A stretch of 63,771 bases of DNA, counting the filler, from Octopus bimaculoides (taxonomy: Eukaryota), in assembly GCF_001194135.2 (NCBI RefSeq). It is 9 parts of 8 records of this genome, joined end to end, with 100 filler letters (N's around TTAATTAATTAA, not from the genome) between each part and the next. Parts side by side here need not be neighbours in the genome. Positions count along the whole stretch, not along the records: positions 1 to 15,802 come from NC_068991.1; positions 15,903 to 19,158 come from NC_069004.1; positions 19,259 to 27,670 come from NC_068995.1; 6 more parts are not named here. One strand, written 5' to 3'. The notes under the pieces were generated by a model. The model was not told the origin of the DNA and made no database searches. It was given only the letters and a program-made list of their open reading frames with translations. This document shows, in pieces, positions 12,688-24,620 of the stretch (within the stretch, counting starts at the first letter, position 1; each line of letters starts with the position of its first letter). The translations under genes were made by a program, and so were the position numbers.

Positions 12688-13359
12688 GTATGTTTTCTAC
12701 AAATTTCATTTTGCTCTCGCGTCGTGTTAAAATGTCATGCAATTCATTAAATAATTTCTAAAATTACAAACACTGAATTAGAAAATCTTTACATGTGAAA
12801 CGGATTCTTTATAGCCAGTTATGGATAATATACAAACCTTATAAAAAGGATTTTGTTAAAATATATTTTATTTCGTCAAATATTTTTAGCAAAATGAATG
12901 TAATAGCTTCCGTGACTATCAATACTTAAAAGGTGGACTGAGGAAATACCCAAAGACGCCTTCTGCATGAAAAACAAATAGTAATGTGAAAATCTTGGGG
13001 AAACTGAACAGTAAAAGGTGCCCAGAGAAATCCCTTATGCAAGTGTTTCAGCTCCTCACACTTTGAGGACCAGGTTGCATCCAGATCATGACTCCGGGAC
13101 ACTCATCTGCTGCTACATTTTGTATCACTACTCGTGTTCTAACTTTCGCCTCCCTGGAGGAGAGGTTTCCCCCGAAGCCAAGTTACCTTGGATGTTATAA
13201 TCACGTCTGACTACTGCGTTAAGGAAACAAACGACAATGAAATACTCGGCTATTTATTCTATTAGGATTTTTATAACTACTTCTTCCTATGGTTTAACAA
13301 CATTTTACAATAAATACTTGAGTGCTGAGCGTACTTCTGTATTCCGTTTCCAAATGCAG

Positions 13360-13450
13360 GATCGAGGTCTCATCAGACATTGAAGCAGCTCTGTGGGTAT
13401 TTCAGTCCCTTCCACCACGACACCAGAACTGCCCAGGACCACCCATCTAT
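13360..13450 (+). CDS. Candidate host exon, gene unknown
   Basis: cttctgtattccgtttccaaatgcag acceptor, TAT|gtgagc donor; two open frames, one phase-compatible with 12642-12687. Confidence 0.25.
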
Positions 13451-13639
13451 GTGAGCAATAGAACTCCCGTATACTCAATTATTTAATCTACAAGGATCTC
13501 AGCAGTTTAGGGTTAAACAGGAAACTGATCTTTTCGGTTTCAACTATTTACACGCTGAAATTACGAAATATAACTATTAAATGTTCGTAAAGGGATTACA
13601 ATTTTCCTAACTGATACACACATACACACACAAACACAC

Positions 13640-14035
13640 ACACACACAAAACACACACACACACACAAACACAAACACATAATCCCACCGGTTGCCAACT
13701 GGTGTTCGTTTGTTTACGTCCCCATAATGTAATGGTTCAGCAAAAGTACCGATAGAATGAGTACCAGGCATAAAATAAGTCCTGGTTAGATGTATTCCAC
13801 ACACACACACACACACACACATGCACTGCATATTTATTTTTCCTTTTATCTTTTGCATGTTCTAGTCATTGGACTGCGGCCATACTGGGGCATAGTATTG
13901 AAGGATTTTAGACGAACAAATAGTTCCCAATATCTAGCTTAAAGGCTGGTTCTTATTCTATTGGTTTCTTTTGTCAAATTATTAGTTGCTGGGATTTCAA
14001 CCAACCTGTGAGCTGGAGTGTCACCGTTAAGGATA
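13640..14035. mobile_element. Two SINE family B fragments in opposite orientation
   Basis: gtttacgtccccataa..gcaaaagtaccgatagaatgagtaccagg (13710-13790) and tctagtcattggactgcggccatactgg (13861 onward). Confidence 0.65.
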
Positions 14036-14044
14036 CAATGCCAC

Positions 14045-14310
14045 TTAGTTGAGTGATCCTTTTTTTGATACGGCGCAGAATGTCAGTGTGCATAGTGGCA
14101 CCAGCATCGTCCTAAATGGGAAAAATACTTTGTCGCGAAGCTCATTTAAGCCTTGTAGATTGTTAGCAGCCGATGAGGTCTTGAAGTATCTTCTGGTTCC
14201 AGAGAGACGGGCCAATATGTGGAATGCTAAGTATGTGCTTTCTTAAGAGAAGTCTTTGCTGATAGTGACGCCCAACATTTAAAGCGACTGTGATGACAAA
14301 GGTTTCCAAG
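14045..14310 (-). mobile_element. CR1/L2/Jockey-type LINE RT C-terminal remnant
   Basis: Frame-shifted MLGVTISKDFS..., LTIYKA*...YFSHL..DAGATMHTDILRRIKKR. Confidence 0.55.
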
Positions 14311-14349
14311 GAAAGTAATTTAGTAGTTTGGATTTTTCTCAGGATACGA

Positions 14350-14635
14350 CTGCTACTGACTACATAGATCATGACTGAATGCACCCCCGTATATAAACTA
14401 GTACTGGATAGACCATGTTTAGGCTTACCACGGTATATAAATAGTACTGCCAATATAGACCTGATGAAATACACAACACTTAAAAGTATGGTACTATATA
14501 GACCATGATTAGATCTATCGTAATGCATAACTGGTACTAACTACATGCACCATGACTGAATATAAAGCCAGCACATAACTGGTGCATCGCAGACCATGAA
14601 TGAATCTATCTCAGTATATAACTGATTTATCGAAC
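14350..14635. repeat. Diverged ~45-50-bp minisatellite
   Basis: Recurrent ataact(g)gtact..atagaccatga.tgaat units. Confidence 0.6.
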
Positions 14636-14760
14636 ATCGCCAAAATGACGAATGCGTAAATCAACTCCAAGAGATTTTGAACTCAAAACCTAAATAGATA
14701 AATAAGTCAAATAAAAAAATTCATTCAAAGAGGAAATTTCGACATACTTAAACAATTGCG

Positions 14761-15442
14761 CCCCACTCCACTTTGTTTCTTTATAATTTCCAGAAAAATG
14801 AATATTGTTTAATGAAATTTTCTACAAATACACTTTAGACGGTGTACATTCTGATTATATAGGAATTTGTTGTGGGAAATGTTTTCTACAAGTGGAGAAA
14901 GGCATTTCAAAAACTTTACATGAGTCGGCTTTGTTTCCTCATAACTTTCAGGAAAATGGGTATATGTTAGTGAAAATTTCTACAAACACCTTTCAGAAGG
15001 TGTAGATTACGGTTATATCGGAGTTTAATGAGGAAAAAATATTGAAGGGCACATACAGTTATACTCTGACTCACATCAAATTTTTTTTCGAAATTTCAAA
15101 TTTTCTTTTGTAGATATATGTGATGTATATCAGTGTGTATGTGAACGAACCCATCATTTTTTCTCGTTTTACAAAATAAATTTCAATATAATCGTAATAT
15201 AGTGTTTGAAATGTATCTGTAGAAAATTTCATTAAAAAAGATACCCATTTTTTGAAAGTTATGAGGAAACAACACCGTCTCACATTAATGTTTCGGAAAT
15301 TCCTCTCAGGAAATAGTTTTGTTTTTTTTAACACAAATGCCCATATAATTAGGGAACTACATTATATGAAGCATATTTGTAAAAAATTTCATTAAATAAA
15401 TATCCATTTTTCTGGAAGTTATCAAGAAACAAAGTCAGTGGG
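14761..15442. mobile_element. Foldback element with arms built from duplicated ~158-bp subunits
   Basis: ctttgtttc.t.ataa.tt.cag.aaaatg at 14771 and 14929 (direct); reverse complements end at about 15272 and 15435. Confidence 0.8.
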
Positions 15443-15639
15443 TACATTTGTGTAGTTATGCTCGAATTTCTATACGGGAACTACTTCTAGAAATTGTAGC
15501 TATATCTTAGTTAAATTACATTCAAACATTGTTAAAAGGGAAGGACGTTGGATTGTGTAATCTCAGAAAATGTTCGAATCTTAGTTATAGTGGGTCAGTA
15601 TTGACCATGGGCTAAACAGGAACTGATTTCTTTTATGAC

Positions 15640-15800
15640 GCACGAAAAAGGCAGCTGCTACCCATGTCTTTCGACCAGCTGGAAGTAGCCGGCCAACCCA
15701 TCTTAAAAAAAAAAAGGGCTTTTAAATAATACCGGATTTGCTATACTAGCTTTGAGAAAAATAAATTGGGATGGTCAAAGCTGGAACATTTTTGATCATA
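15640..15800 (+). mobile_element. SINE-like tail family (also near 16200-16350, 17890-17965, 54075-54270; reverse near 29610-29880)
   Basis: Shared gggatggtca..gctgga...tttgatcata motif. Confidence 0.55.
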
Positions 15801-15846
15801 AANNNNNNNNNNNNNNNNNNNNNNNNNNNNNNNNNNNNNNNNNNNN

Positions 15847-15858
15847 TTAATTAATTAA
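15847..15858. other. Assembly gap linker TTAATTAATTAA (also 19203, 27715, 49179, 51198, 53766, 56558, 62564)
   Basis: Identical 12-mer centred in N-runs of about 44-45 nt each side; stop codons in all six frames. Confidence 0.9.
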
Positions 15859-17194
15859 NNNNNNNNNNNNNNNNNNNNNNNNNNNNNNNNNNNNNNNNNN
15901 NNATATATATACAACATACGAATACTAGCCACTTGATATGATCAGTATTTTAAATAATGATCTTATCCTTATTCATATATAATTTATATTTATATAAATT
16001 TACATATATATATATATATATATATATGCATCTACTACTAATAATAATAATAATAATGATGATGATAATAATAATTACGACAATACCAAAACTACTTAGA
16101 ATGACTACCATCACAACCACTAATTACCCAGACCACCACACTATCAACACCCGATACCAAAAACACTGCCTCTACCAACACTAACCAGTAAGGGATTCTT
16201 CACATGGCCACTTGATCTGCTGGAAATAGCAACCAATCTGCCCTTAACTCACACTCAATTGACTCCTCAAGAAAAGAAAAAAATAATAAACAAAGACACA
16301 TTCGATAATGAAGTCTCAGACATAGAAAATGACAGGATGGCCACAGATCTACTGGGTCAGCAGCTTATGGCCAAAATGCATGGTAATATTGCCTATCACC
16401 ACCACTACTACCTTTCTACCATTTTTGCCAGACATAAGACTCATGTTCCACCCCTCCTCATCTTCATCTCCTCTTCATAATTATCATCTGTCCTCCCCCC
16501 TCACACTTTTCTCCAGTTTATAGCAAAAACGGTTGGGATTTTCGTATAAAATCTTCAAAGTAAAGATTAGATTTTCATCAGACTTCTTTTCTATAAATTG
16601 CTTGGTTTTTAAGCACTTAATGATGTATAGTGGACACACATAAGTAGTCCATGAAATTTCGGGGGTATCAGTCACAGACCCAGAACCTAGCACTGGTGAT
16701 ATCTGACCCTCTAACCACCTAGCCAGTCTTCAGGGACCTTATTAATGTTTAATCTCATGTGATGATTCCATTACAGAACAGAAACAAATGAGAAGTGATT
16801 TGAGTTTTCTCTCTTACATTAAAGGGAGTTCCTCATTTCTTTCAAAATGAATGTCAACAAGGTTTGTGTGACTATGTGATATCATGCGTTTCAGAACTAG
16901 GTGACTGAGGCAGTCTCATGTCGTACCATGCTGTACAGGAAGTTTAAGAGTTAATTAAATAAAACTCATAAATTCTGAATCTGGTAAAGGCGTGAGTGCA
17001 CTAAACAACCTTGATTTCTTTCATAATTTGTTTCCGTAATTCGACTATGACCATGCTGGTGTTACCTTTGAAGGATTTAATTGAACAAATATCAAACCCG
17101 ATACTTATTGATTTAGGTTTGGTATTCATTCTATGTCTCTTTTGCCAAACTACAAAGTTATAGAAATGTAAACAAACCAACATCAGTCATCAAG

Positions 17195-17225
<31 letters not shown>

Positions 17226-17689
17226 CAGGATACACAACTTTTTACGTCCAAAGAGCCAAATCATGAATTCAATCGCTCAAGGCTGGCAGCAAAGTATATT
17301 ATATAATTTGGACGATCAAGAAACATACAAAGACAGTTGTTTGGAAAAGGTTAATGATAACGTAGTCATAGAAAAAAAAAAATTACAATTTGTGATTATC
17401 CTCTGGTAAGTTTAATTACAATTTTTAATCAAGGTATCATAACATTTTCATTATTCAAATACAAAATTAAATATTGTTATATATATATGTACTAAATTTA
17501 ATGAGATGATTGATATTGCTGACATGAAGGAAACTAATATAATGAAAGTTAATAAATAAATACTGTTGTGTGTGTTTTCAGTGTGTGATTGTGGTGCAAG
17601 CAGTTTGTTATGTTAATTTTCAGTTCGTTATGTTAATTTTCAGCTATTTATTGAAATAAGAGTCTTTGCAAAATGGTTTTATGGGCCAC

Positions 17690-17895
17690 ACAAAATGCCG
17701 TTGTGGGCTATAGGTTGTGCATCACTGATATATATATACAATGGGCTTCTGCAGAGTTTCTATCAACCAAATTCACTGAGAAGGCATTGGTGAGTCTGGG
17801 GCTATAGTAGAAGACGTTTGCCCAAGGTGCAGTGGGGCTGGATCTGAAAACACAAACCACATAGTTGCAAAGCGAGTCTCTTAACAACACAACCA
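17690..17895 (-). mobile_element. SINE family B 5' half
   Basis: ggggctatagtagaagacgtttgcccaaggtgcagtggg...accacatagttgcaaagc. Confidence 0.7.
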
Positions 17896-18139
17896 TGTCC
17901 TTATCTATACTACACAAAAAAAAAAAAAAGATGGGATAGTCATGACTGAAAACACTTCATCATAAGTCTGGTGAGTCAGTATGATCAGTGATAAATCAGG
18001 AGTGAAACAGGTAAAACAACAACAAAAACATTCATTTCATCCTAGAAAATGCATCAGTGTTCTTTTACACATGGACATTTTATACACTTTCTGGCCTATC
18101 CATATCTAACATGTGTAAGGAAAATTACAACCAAGATCT

Positions 18140-18805
18140 CAAACTATAGTTTCACTCACCCACACATACCTGTAACTTCAATATAACTTCACCTGTCCAT
18201 ACAGACAAGACAAGACACTATAGCTTCACCCACCCACACATACCTGGCATAGCACTATAGCTTCATTTGCCCACAAAAACCAGACAAGGCACTACAGCTT
18301 TACCTATCTACAAAGACCAAACAAGGCATCATAACTTTACCTGCCCACACAGACAAGACAAGGCGTCATAGCTCCACCTATCCACACATACCTGGCATGG
18401 CACTTTAAATTTAAGTTTACCTGCCCACAAAGACTAAACAAGGCATCATAACTTTACCTGCCCCCACAGACAAGACAAGGCGCCATAGCTCCACCTATCC
18501 ACACATACCTGGCATGGCACTAAGTTTAAGTTTACCTGCCCACAAAGACTAAACAAGGCATCATAACTTTACCTGACTACACACAGACAAGACAAGGCGC
18601 CATATCTCCACCTGTCCACACAGACATGGCATGGCAGTTTAAGTTTACCTGTCCACAAAGACTAAACAAGGCATCATAACTTTACCTGCCCACGCAGACA
18701 AGAGAAGGCGCCATAGCTCCACCTGTCCACACAGACATGGCATGGCAGTTTAAGTTTACCTGCCCACAAAGACTAAACAAGGCATCATAACTTTACCTGC
18801 CCGCG
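18140..18805. repeat. Minisatellite: ~35-40-bp monomers organised into a 111-117-bp trimeric higher-order unit
   Basis: ttacct..c.acaaagac.aaacaaggcatcataact recurs at 18300, 18417, 18532, 18645, 18756. Confidence 0.95.
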
Positions 18806-20358
18806 TATGCCAAATATAATAGAAATAGAATAGGAAAAAAAAAACATGGAGAGAGAGAGAGAGACTGACAAATAGAAGAGCAAGGAGAGAAAGAGACTGA
18901 CAAATAGGAGAGAGAGAGAGAGAGAGAAAACAGATGGAGAGACAGAGACAGACAGACAAAGACACAGAAGACTTGGTGGTGTAGTGCCAAGCTACACATA
19001 ACCACTAACATCAAGTTTAATAATTTACACAGCCAAATAATGACTCTTCCTTCGCACGAAAGAATAAATAAATTTATTCTTTTGTTTGCTGTCATTCAAT
19101 CATCTTCATTTTTTTTTTATGGGGGGAAGGAGGGGGGCAATGTGGGGGGAAGGTGGAGNNNNNNNNNNNNNNNNNNNNNNNNNNNNNNNNNNNNNNNNNN
19201 NNTTAATTAATTAANNNNNNNNNNNNNNNNNNNNNNNNNNNNNNNNNNNNNNNNNNNNTATACACACACACACACCACTGTATACACACACCATTGTATA
19301 CATGTTTATGGACATTCTTGTACAGATAAAATGTAAAAAGACAAAAAAAAAACATAAACTATTTTCCAAAAAAAAAGAAAAACACAAAAGACTCCCCCAA
19401 AAAAATATTAAAAGATTAAAATTATAAAAATCAGAATAAATTATTTTGAAATAATCTTGTTGTTGTTGTTGTTGTTATGATGTTTGTTTATTTCATATTG
19501 TGATTAAATGCTTGATTAATTCTGAAAGCAAGCCTGGGTATTCTACCTTTCATTGGATTGTTCTGAAACTGGTATCAGGGCTCTGGAGTGGGTGCCTGAA
19601 CACCTTTTTGTCCCAGTATGGTACCTTGTTGTTGCCCAGCTCTAAAAGGGATACCATAGCCTTCCTCCTACTCTAGAACGTAGGGGTCAGCATCATCAAC
19701 AAAATTACAAAACTGTAAGGAGCCAAGTCCAGTGTTTCTACACCTTTTGAATAATATTTGGGCCAGATCCCAAAACCTGGATTTTCTTTTTAGGGGTGGG
19801 CTGCACCAAAAAAATGTGGTGGAGTGTACAAACAATGAAATAAAATAAAGGGTATGTCAGTGTTTTGAGGGAGAGACACCTCTTTCAAAAGAGCCCTAAA
19901 CTTACTTCTAACTTATTTGTTTTTACTTTTCAGTCAGATAATGTCAGGTCTTAGGTTGAGCCACCAAATGAGAAGGCATAGTGATACAGAGATAAGTTGC
20001 AATATGCTGACGAAGAATCCAACATCAGCAACTAAATGTGGACCAATTCAAAGGACCTCAGAGTTTCAGAATTCCACATTAGAAGTGTTGTGCACAAGGA
20101 CATCCAGTACAAGTTGGATGTGATACAGAGGGGTCAGTTTATGTAAGATGAGACGAGAGAGAATTGTTCGATCCATGCAAAGCACAAGTTAAAACATCAA
20201 AGGTGAACCGAAGGAATGGTGGATGTTTATGCAGAGACCTGAATGAGGGTCCACCAGTCATGCAAGCTAAGTTCTCAACAACTGGAGTAGCTCTGGCAGT
20301 CAGCAGCAACCATACATCCTCATCTTTTTTTTTTCTTCACAGGGCTTAAGAGTCTATG

Positions 20359-20752
20359 TGGAGGCACGTGGCTTAGTGGTTAGGGTGTTGGACTCATGAT
20401 CGCAAGGTTGTGGTTTCTATTCCTGGACCAGGCGACATGTTGTGTTGAGCAAAACACTTCATTTCACATTGCTCCAGTCCACTCAGCTGACAAAAATGAG
20501 TTAATCCTGTGATGGCCCGACATCCACTAGCATAGCAGGGAGGGGCGGGGCCACCCTGGGCAGCACTTCTGGGTCTGCTGTAGGCAATATGTATTTTTTT
20601 TGTGGAGTGAGGGGAGCAGCAAACGGAAGGGTCGCCCCAGGTGGCACACACTCTAACTATGCTAGTGCCAAGAGGAGAATACATACGCCACTGAAACCAA
20701 GAAACCAGTCCTCCTGAGCCTGTCATGGCCCGAGAAGGAAACATTTAGTTTT
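20359..20752 (+). mobile_element. Full-length tRNA-derived SINE family C with 23-bp TSD
   Basis: A box tggcttagtgg, B box ggtttctattcc; TSD ttcacagggcttaaga(g/a)tctatg at 20336-20358 and 20753-20775. Confidence 0.9.
20525..20667. mobile_element. Small MITE (hAT-like) nested in the SINE
   Basis: Perfect 11-bp TIR cactagcatag / ctatgctagtg; GC-rich interior; no clear TSD. Confidence 0.65.
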
Positions 20753-21361
20753 TTCACAGGGCTTAAGAATCTATGCCACTGTCTATACAGAGGTGTTGGA
20801 GAAAGTTACAAGGTGCTGGATAGACAGAGTACACAACGGGAGATGGTCTTCTAACAAGATTCTGCACAGTCTCATGAGGCTAGGACAACGCAAACCCCAT
20901 GGATGTGGGTCAATCTCCATGATAATGTTCTACCTGACACTTGACCTCCAACCTCACCAGACCTCAGTCCACTGGACAGTTATGTATGAGGCGTAGAGGT
21001 CAAGAGAGAGGTCAATTAACAACACCACACAATGTCTCAAGTCTACCTTAACCAGTAGTTACACCCAAAATTGATCAAGATGATGTGATTCAGGCAAAAT
21101 CAGTGCTTCCAGCCCCTTATTGAAGCAGCCATTGTTGCAAACAGGGCATTCATTGAAGAAAAGGATTCTCAAAATCATTTCTACCAAATTTCTTTCCAAA
21201 TACAGCTTTTCTTTCAAGAGCTGTGCATATTTTTTTTTTTTTTTTTTTTCCTAAATTCATACAAATGACCTAAAAAAGCTGACACACCCTGTACATATAG
21301 CAGTGATCTCATGTAGGTGTGTGTGTGTGTGTATGATGACATATACATATGTTAATGGAAT

Positions 21362-21394
<33 letters not shown>

Positions 21395-21859
21395 GGTTCT
21401 ATTAACATTTGTGTATTTCCCCATGTATATATATATATATGATGAAACACATGTTAATGGAACCATATGTATTTATACACACACACACACTCACACGCAT
21501 ACACATATATATATATATGACGTAGTTATACTCATGGGATCAATTTTCAAAGAGATAATTGTAAATCAAGGAAATAAGAATTGTTCTCTCCATTCTCATT
21601 TCTTAGAATTCTAAAAACTCCACCTGTTTTTTGTGGATATTCAAAGCATTATTTGAGAAACGAAATAATCTCCAGACTGCCATCATACAGACAGCCTTGT
21701 CCCAGGGATTAGATTTCTAAGGCCAAATCCAGGGTTAACACTCATGTGGTTAACACTCAATAATTACATATATATATGTATACATACATATATATATGTA
21801 TATACATATATATATATGTATACACGTATGTATACACATATGTATATATATACAAACAC

Positions 21860-21907
<48 letters not shown>

Positions 21908-22294
21908 GGAGAATTCACAAAAAAAACCACAAACATACACACACACACACACATATATAATANNNNNNNNNNNNNNNNNNNNNNNNNNNNNNNNNNNNNN
22001 NNNNNNNNNNNNNNNNNNNNNNNNNNNNNNNNNNNNNNNNNNNNNNNNNNNNNNNNNNNNNNNNNNNNNNNNNNNNNNNNNNNNNNNNNNNNNNNNNNNN
22101 NNNNNNNNNNNNNNNNNNNNNNNNNNNNNNNNNNNNNNNNNNNNNNNNNNNNNNNNNNNNNNNNNNNNNNNNNNNNNNNNNNNNNNNNNNNNNNNNNNNN
22201 NNNNNNNNNNNNNNNNNNNNNNNNNNNNNNNNNNNNNNNNNNNNNNNNNNNNNNNNNNNNNNNNNNNNNNNNNNNNNNNNNNNNNNNNNNNNNN

Positions 22295-22329
<35 letters not shown>

Positions 22330-22331
22330 TA

Positions 22332-22594
22332 TTTTTTTTCCTGGTGAAGGCCAGTCTATTGGGTCACCCTGGCTTTCCCGTCCATAAAGGGTTTAACTTT
22401 ATGACATATCATCAGACCCCAAAACCAGTTGACCTATGACCTCTTTAAAATATGAAGGGGAAAGCCTGGATTATTTCAAAGAGGTTGTAGGCCAACAGGT
22501 CTTAGGGTCCAATGATACGCTATAAAGTTAAACCATTTATGGATGGGAAACCCGGAGTAACCCCATAAACTGACCTTCACCAGGAAAAAATATA
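22332..22594. mobile_element. Near-complete foldback MITE
   Basis: About 120-bp arms (tttttcctggtgaagg...tttaactt...ctcttt.aaata) with a ~16-nt spacer; tata on both flanks. Confidence 0.85.
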
Positions 22595-22996
22595 GACTGC
22601 CCTACCTTTTAGAGTGTGCTTCTTGTCCAGATACAGGATTCTCTAAAAATTATATATATGTATATATATACATACACACACACACACATATGTATATACA
22701 CATATAGATATAACTATGTATATACATACATATGTGTGTATGTGTGTAATACATATGTATATATATATATAAATATATATAAATACATACACACATGTTC
22801 CACCTCCAACCACTTAATACACTAGCACACCATTACCACCACTGCTGTCTCCACCACTACCACCACCACCACCACCACTATCATTACCCTTCTAATTAAC
22901 AATCCACTAATTAACCGTCCACCAATTTAACAAACAAATTCATTCAAGTCCAAATGATCTCAACAAATTGCCAATTTCTCAAGTTAATGCCATTGG

Positions 22997-23230
22997 TCAG
23001 TTAAAGTTGGTCTGGCCAACTGCCCAATGGACTGAGCTTGTTACAAAGTCACCAACCCACACATGACCATCACTTGATGATGACCAAATATTGGTGACTT
23101 TAACCATTGACCAAGACACTGGACACAAGGACACAAATGCTTTCCTCATTGTCAGAATATCATTCACATAATATTTCTGCACCAGCACACTACAATCTTC
23201 ACCTTCACACACACAAGGTCCCCACTACCA
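22997..23230 (-). pseudogene. Possible decayed NHL/beta-propeller repeat fragment
   Basis: WGPCVCEGEDCSVLV...SSSDGHVWVGDFVTSSVH resembles NHL-repeat blades; flanking frames are broken. Confidence 0.25.
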
Positions 23231-23394
23231 CACACATTAATCCAGCACACAACATGTCCTCATCATTATGATACACTCAGCCGTACATTTGGAAACACAT
23301 GATAAAACTTGGTAACTTGGTAACTCTATGTTATGAATTCCACTGGTTTCCCTCCGTCTCTGATGACAACAGAAGCACAAAGTTTCTACACACA

Positions 23395-23429
<35 letters not shown>

Positions 23430-23887
23430 TTACATCACTCTGTACTCGTCTAAAACCTTGTTCTGAAGCATGTGTATATTGAGTTCCACACACACACACA
23501 CACACGTATATGTATATATGTTGTTGTGTCTAGGGAGGGTCATTATGCCAATATTATTAACACATGCACTGGTTCAGTTCCACTTCTTTATTATTAACTA
23601 ATCGATTGTTCAACTTGTTTAAACAGTAAGGCGTTTGCTTGTTATTTTTTTGTTCTTTTTGGTCAAAGTTCTTTCATTATTATTTGCAATCAATCAGTTA
23701 ATAATAAAGGAGTGGAATTGAACCAGAGCACGTCGTTAACAAACGACTAATGTTGCAAACAGCAATGAAAGAGATTTGAGAAAATACAACAAAAAAAAAA
23801 GCAACTCACTGTTTAACCAAGCTGAACAATCTTGTGTGTGTGTGTGTGTGTGTGTGTGTATTATGCATGCACGTATGTATGTATGTA

Positions 23888-23956
<69 letters not shown>

Positions 23957-24035
23957 GTGTATATGTGTGTGTGTGGTGTGTGTATAGTATGTATGTATGC
24001 ATGTATATGTGTATATGTACATATATATATATACA

Positions 24036-24066
<31 letters not shown>

Positions 24067-24149
24067 AAATATATGATGATGATGATGATGATGATGGATT
24101 CTCTTGTCATGAACGACAAATAAAGGATCAGTAAAATAGAACAGTAATC

Positions 24150-24620
24150 ATGTTCTAAGGACACGAATGTGTCTGTTGAGGCCAGCTGGAGCCTTGCAAA
24201 CCTTTCAGCAAATGGCACCAGTTAGGGACTCAGTCTGCCAGAGTGCTTGTGGATGATGCATGAAGTGTTTTCTTGAGTGGATGGCAAGGCCTGCTTTGAT
24301 CGATGCCACAAAACCACAATGATAGGTAAGGTTTCCATTTAGAGGAGCAGCATTTTGGCCAGCGTGCCTTCATGCTTGCATGAAGTTGGTCCCAATGCTG
24401 GACTCGACTTCGCTTCAATGTTTGAACTGAGGAGAAGTAGGACTGGTGCCAAGTCCTGCGTTCTGATGTCTTGTTTTCTCAGGAAGAAAAGGGAATGTTG
24501 CATCGTTTAAGATGGTCTTTTAATCTGTCTTTGAAGCACAAGAGTGGCCTTCCAATTGACCTACCTGTTGCGAATTGGCCAAAAAGAGAATGTCAGGTCG
24601 CTCTCGAGTGCTACTGTTAA
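24150..24620 (-). mobile_element. RTE (BovB-like) LINE 3' remnant
   Basis: FGQFATGRSIGRPLLCFKDRLKDHLKRCNI..*E..ERRTW, then zinc-finger-like AGLAIHSRKH and [15 protein letters not shown]. Confidence 0.75.

Larger units (their letters stand above)
19950..21157 (+). mobile_element. Tc1/mariner (maT/DD37D-like) transposase remnant split by a SINE
   Basis: FHIRSVVHKDIQYK, KVNRRN..CLC, QGLR, VYTEVLEKV..WID, QDSAQSH...*PPTSPDLSPLDSYV*GV; 38 residues between the last two Asp in this decayed copy. Confidence 0.8.

Noticed and set aside
12658-12690. CTGATGA...GAAA resembling a hammerhead
   Set aside because: No stem I or stem II pairing.
15847-15858. TTAATTAATTAA repeated eight times across the window
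   Set aside because: Always centred in fixed-length N-runs; an assembly linker, not biology.
16259-16480. ORF or 63-nt exon-like DIENDRMATDLLGQQLMAKMH
   Set aside because: Overlaps a recognisable SINE-tail family copy and has a weak acceptor.
18300-18805. Regular repeats considered as a CRISPR-like array
   Set aside because: No unique spacers; eukaryotic tandem minisatellite.
20359-20435. A/B boxes suggesting a tRNA gene
   Set aside because: SINE head: no complete cloverleaf, continues into the SINE body and is TSD-flanked.
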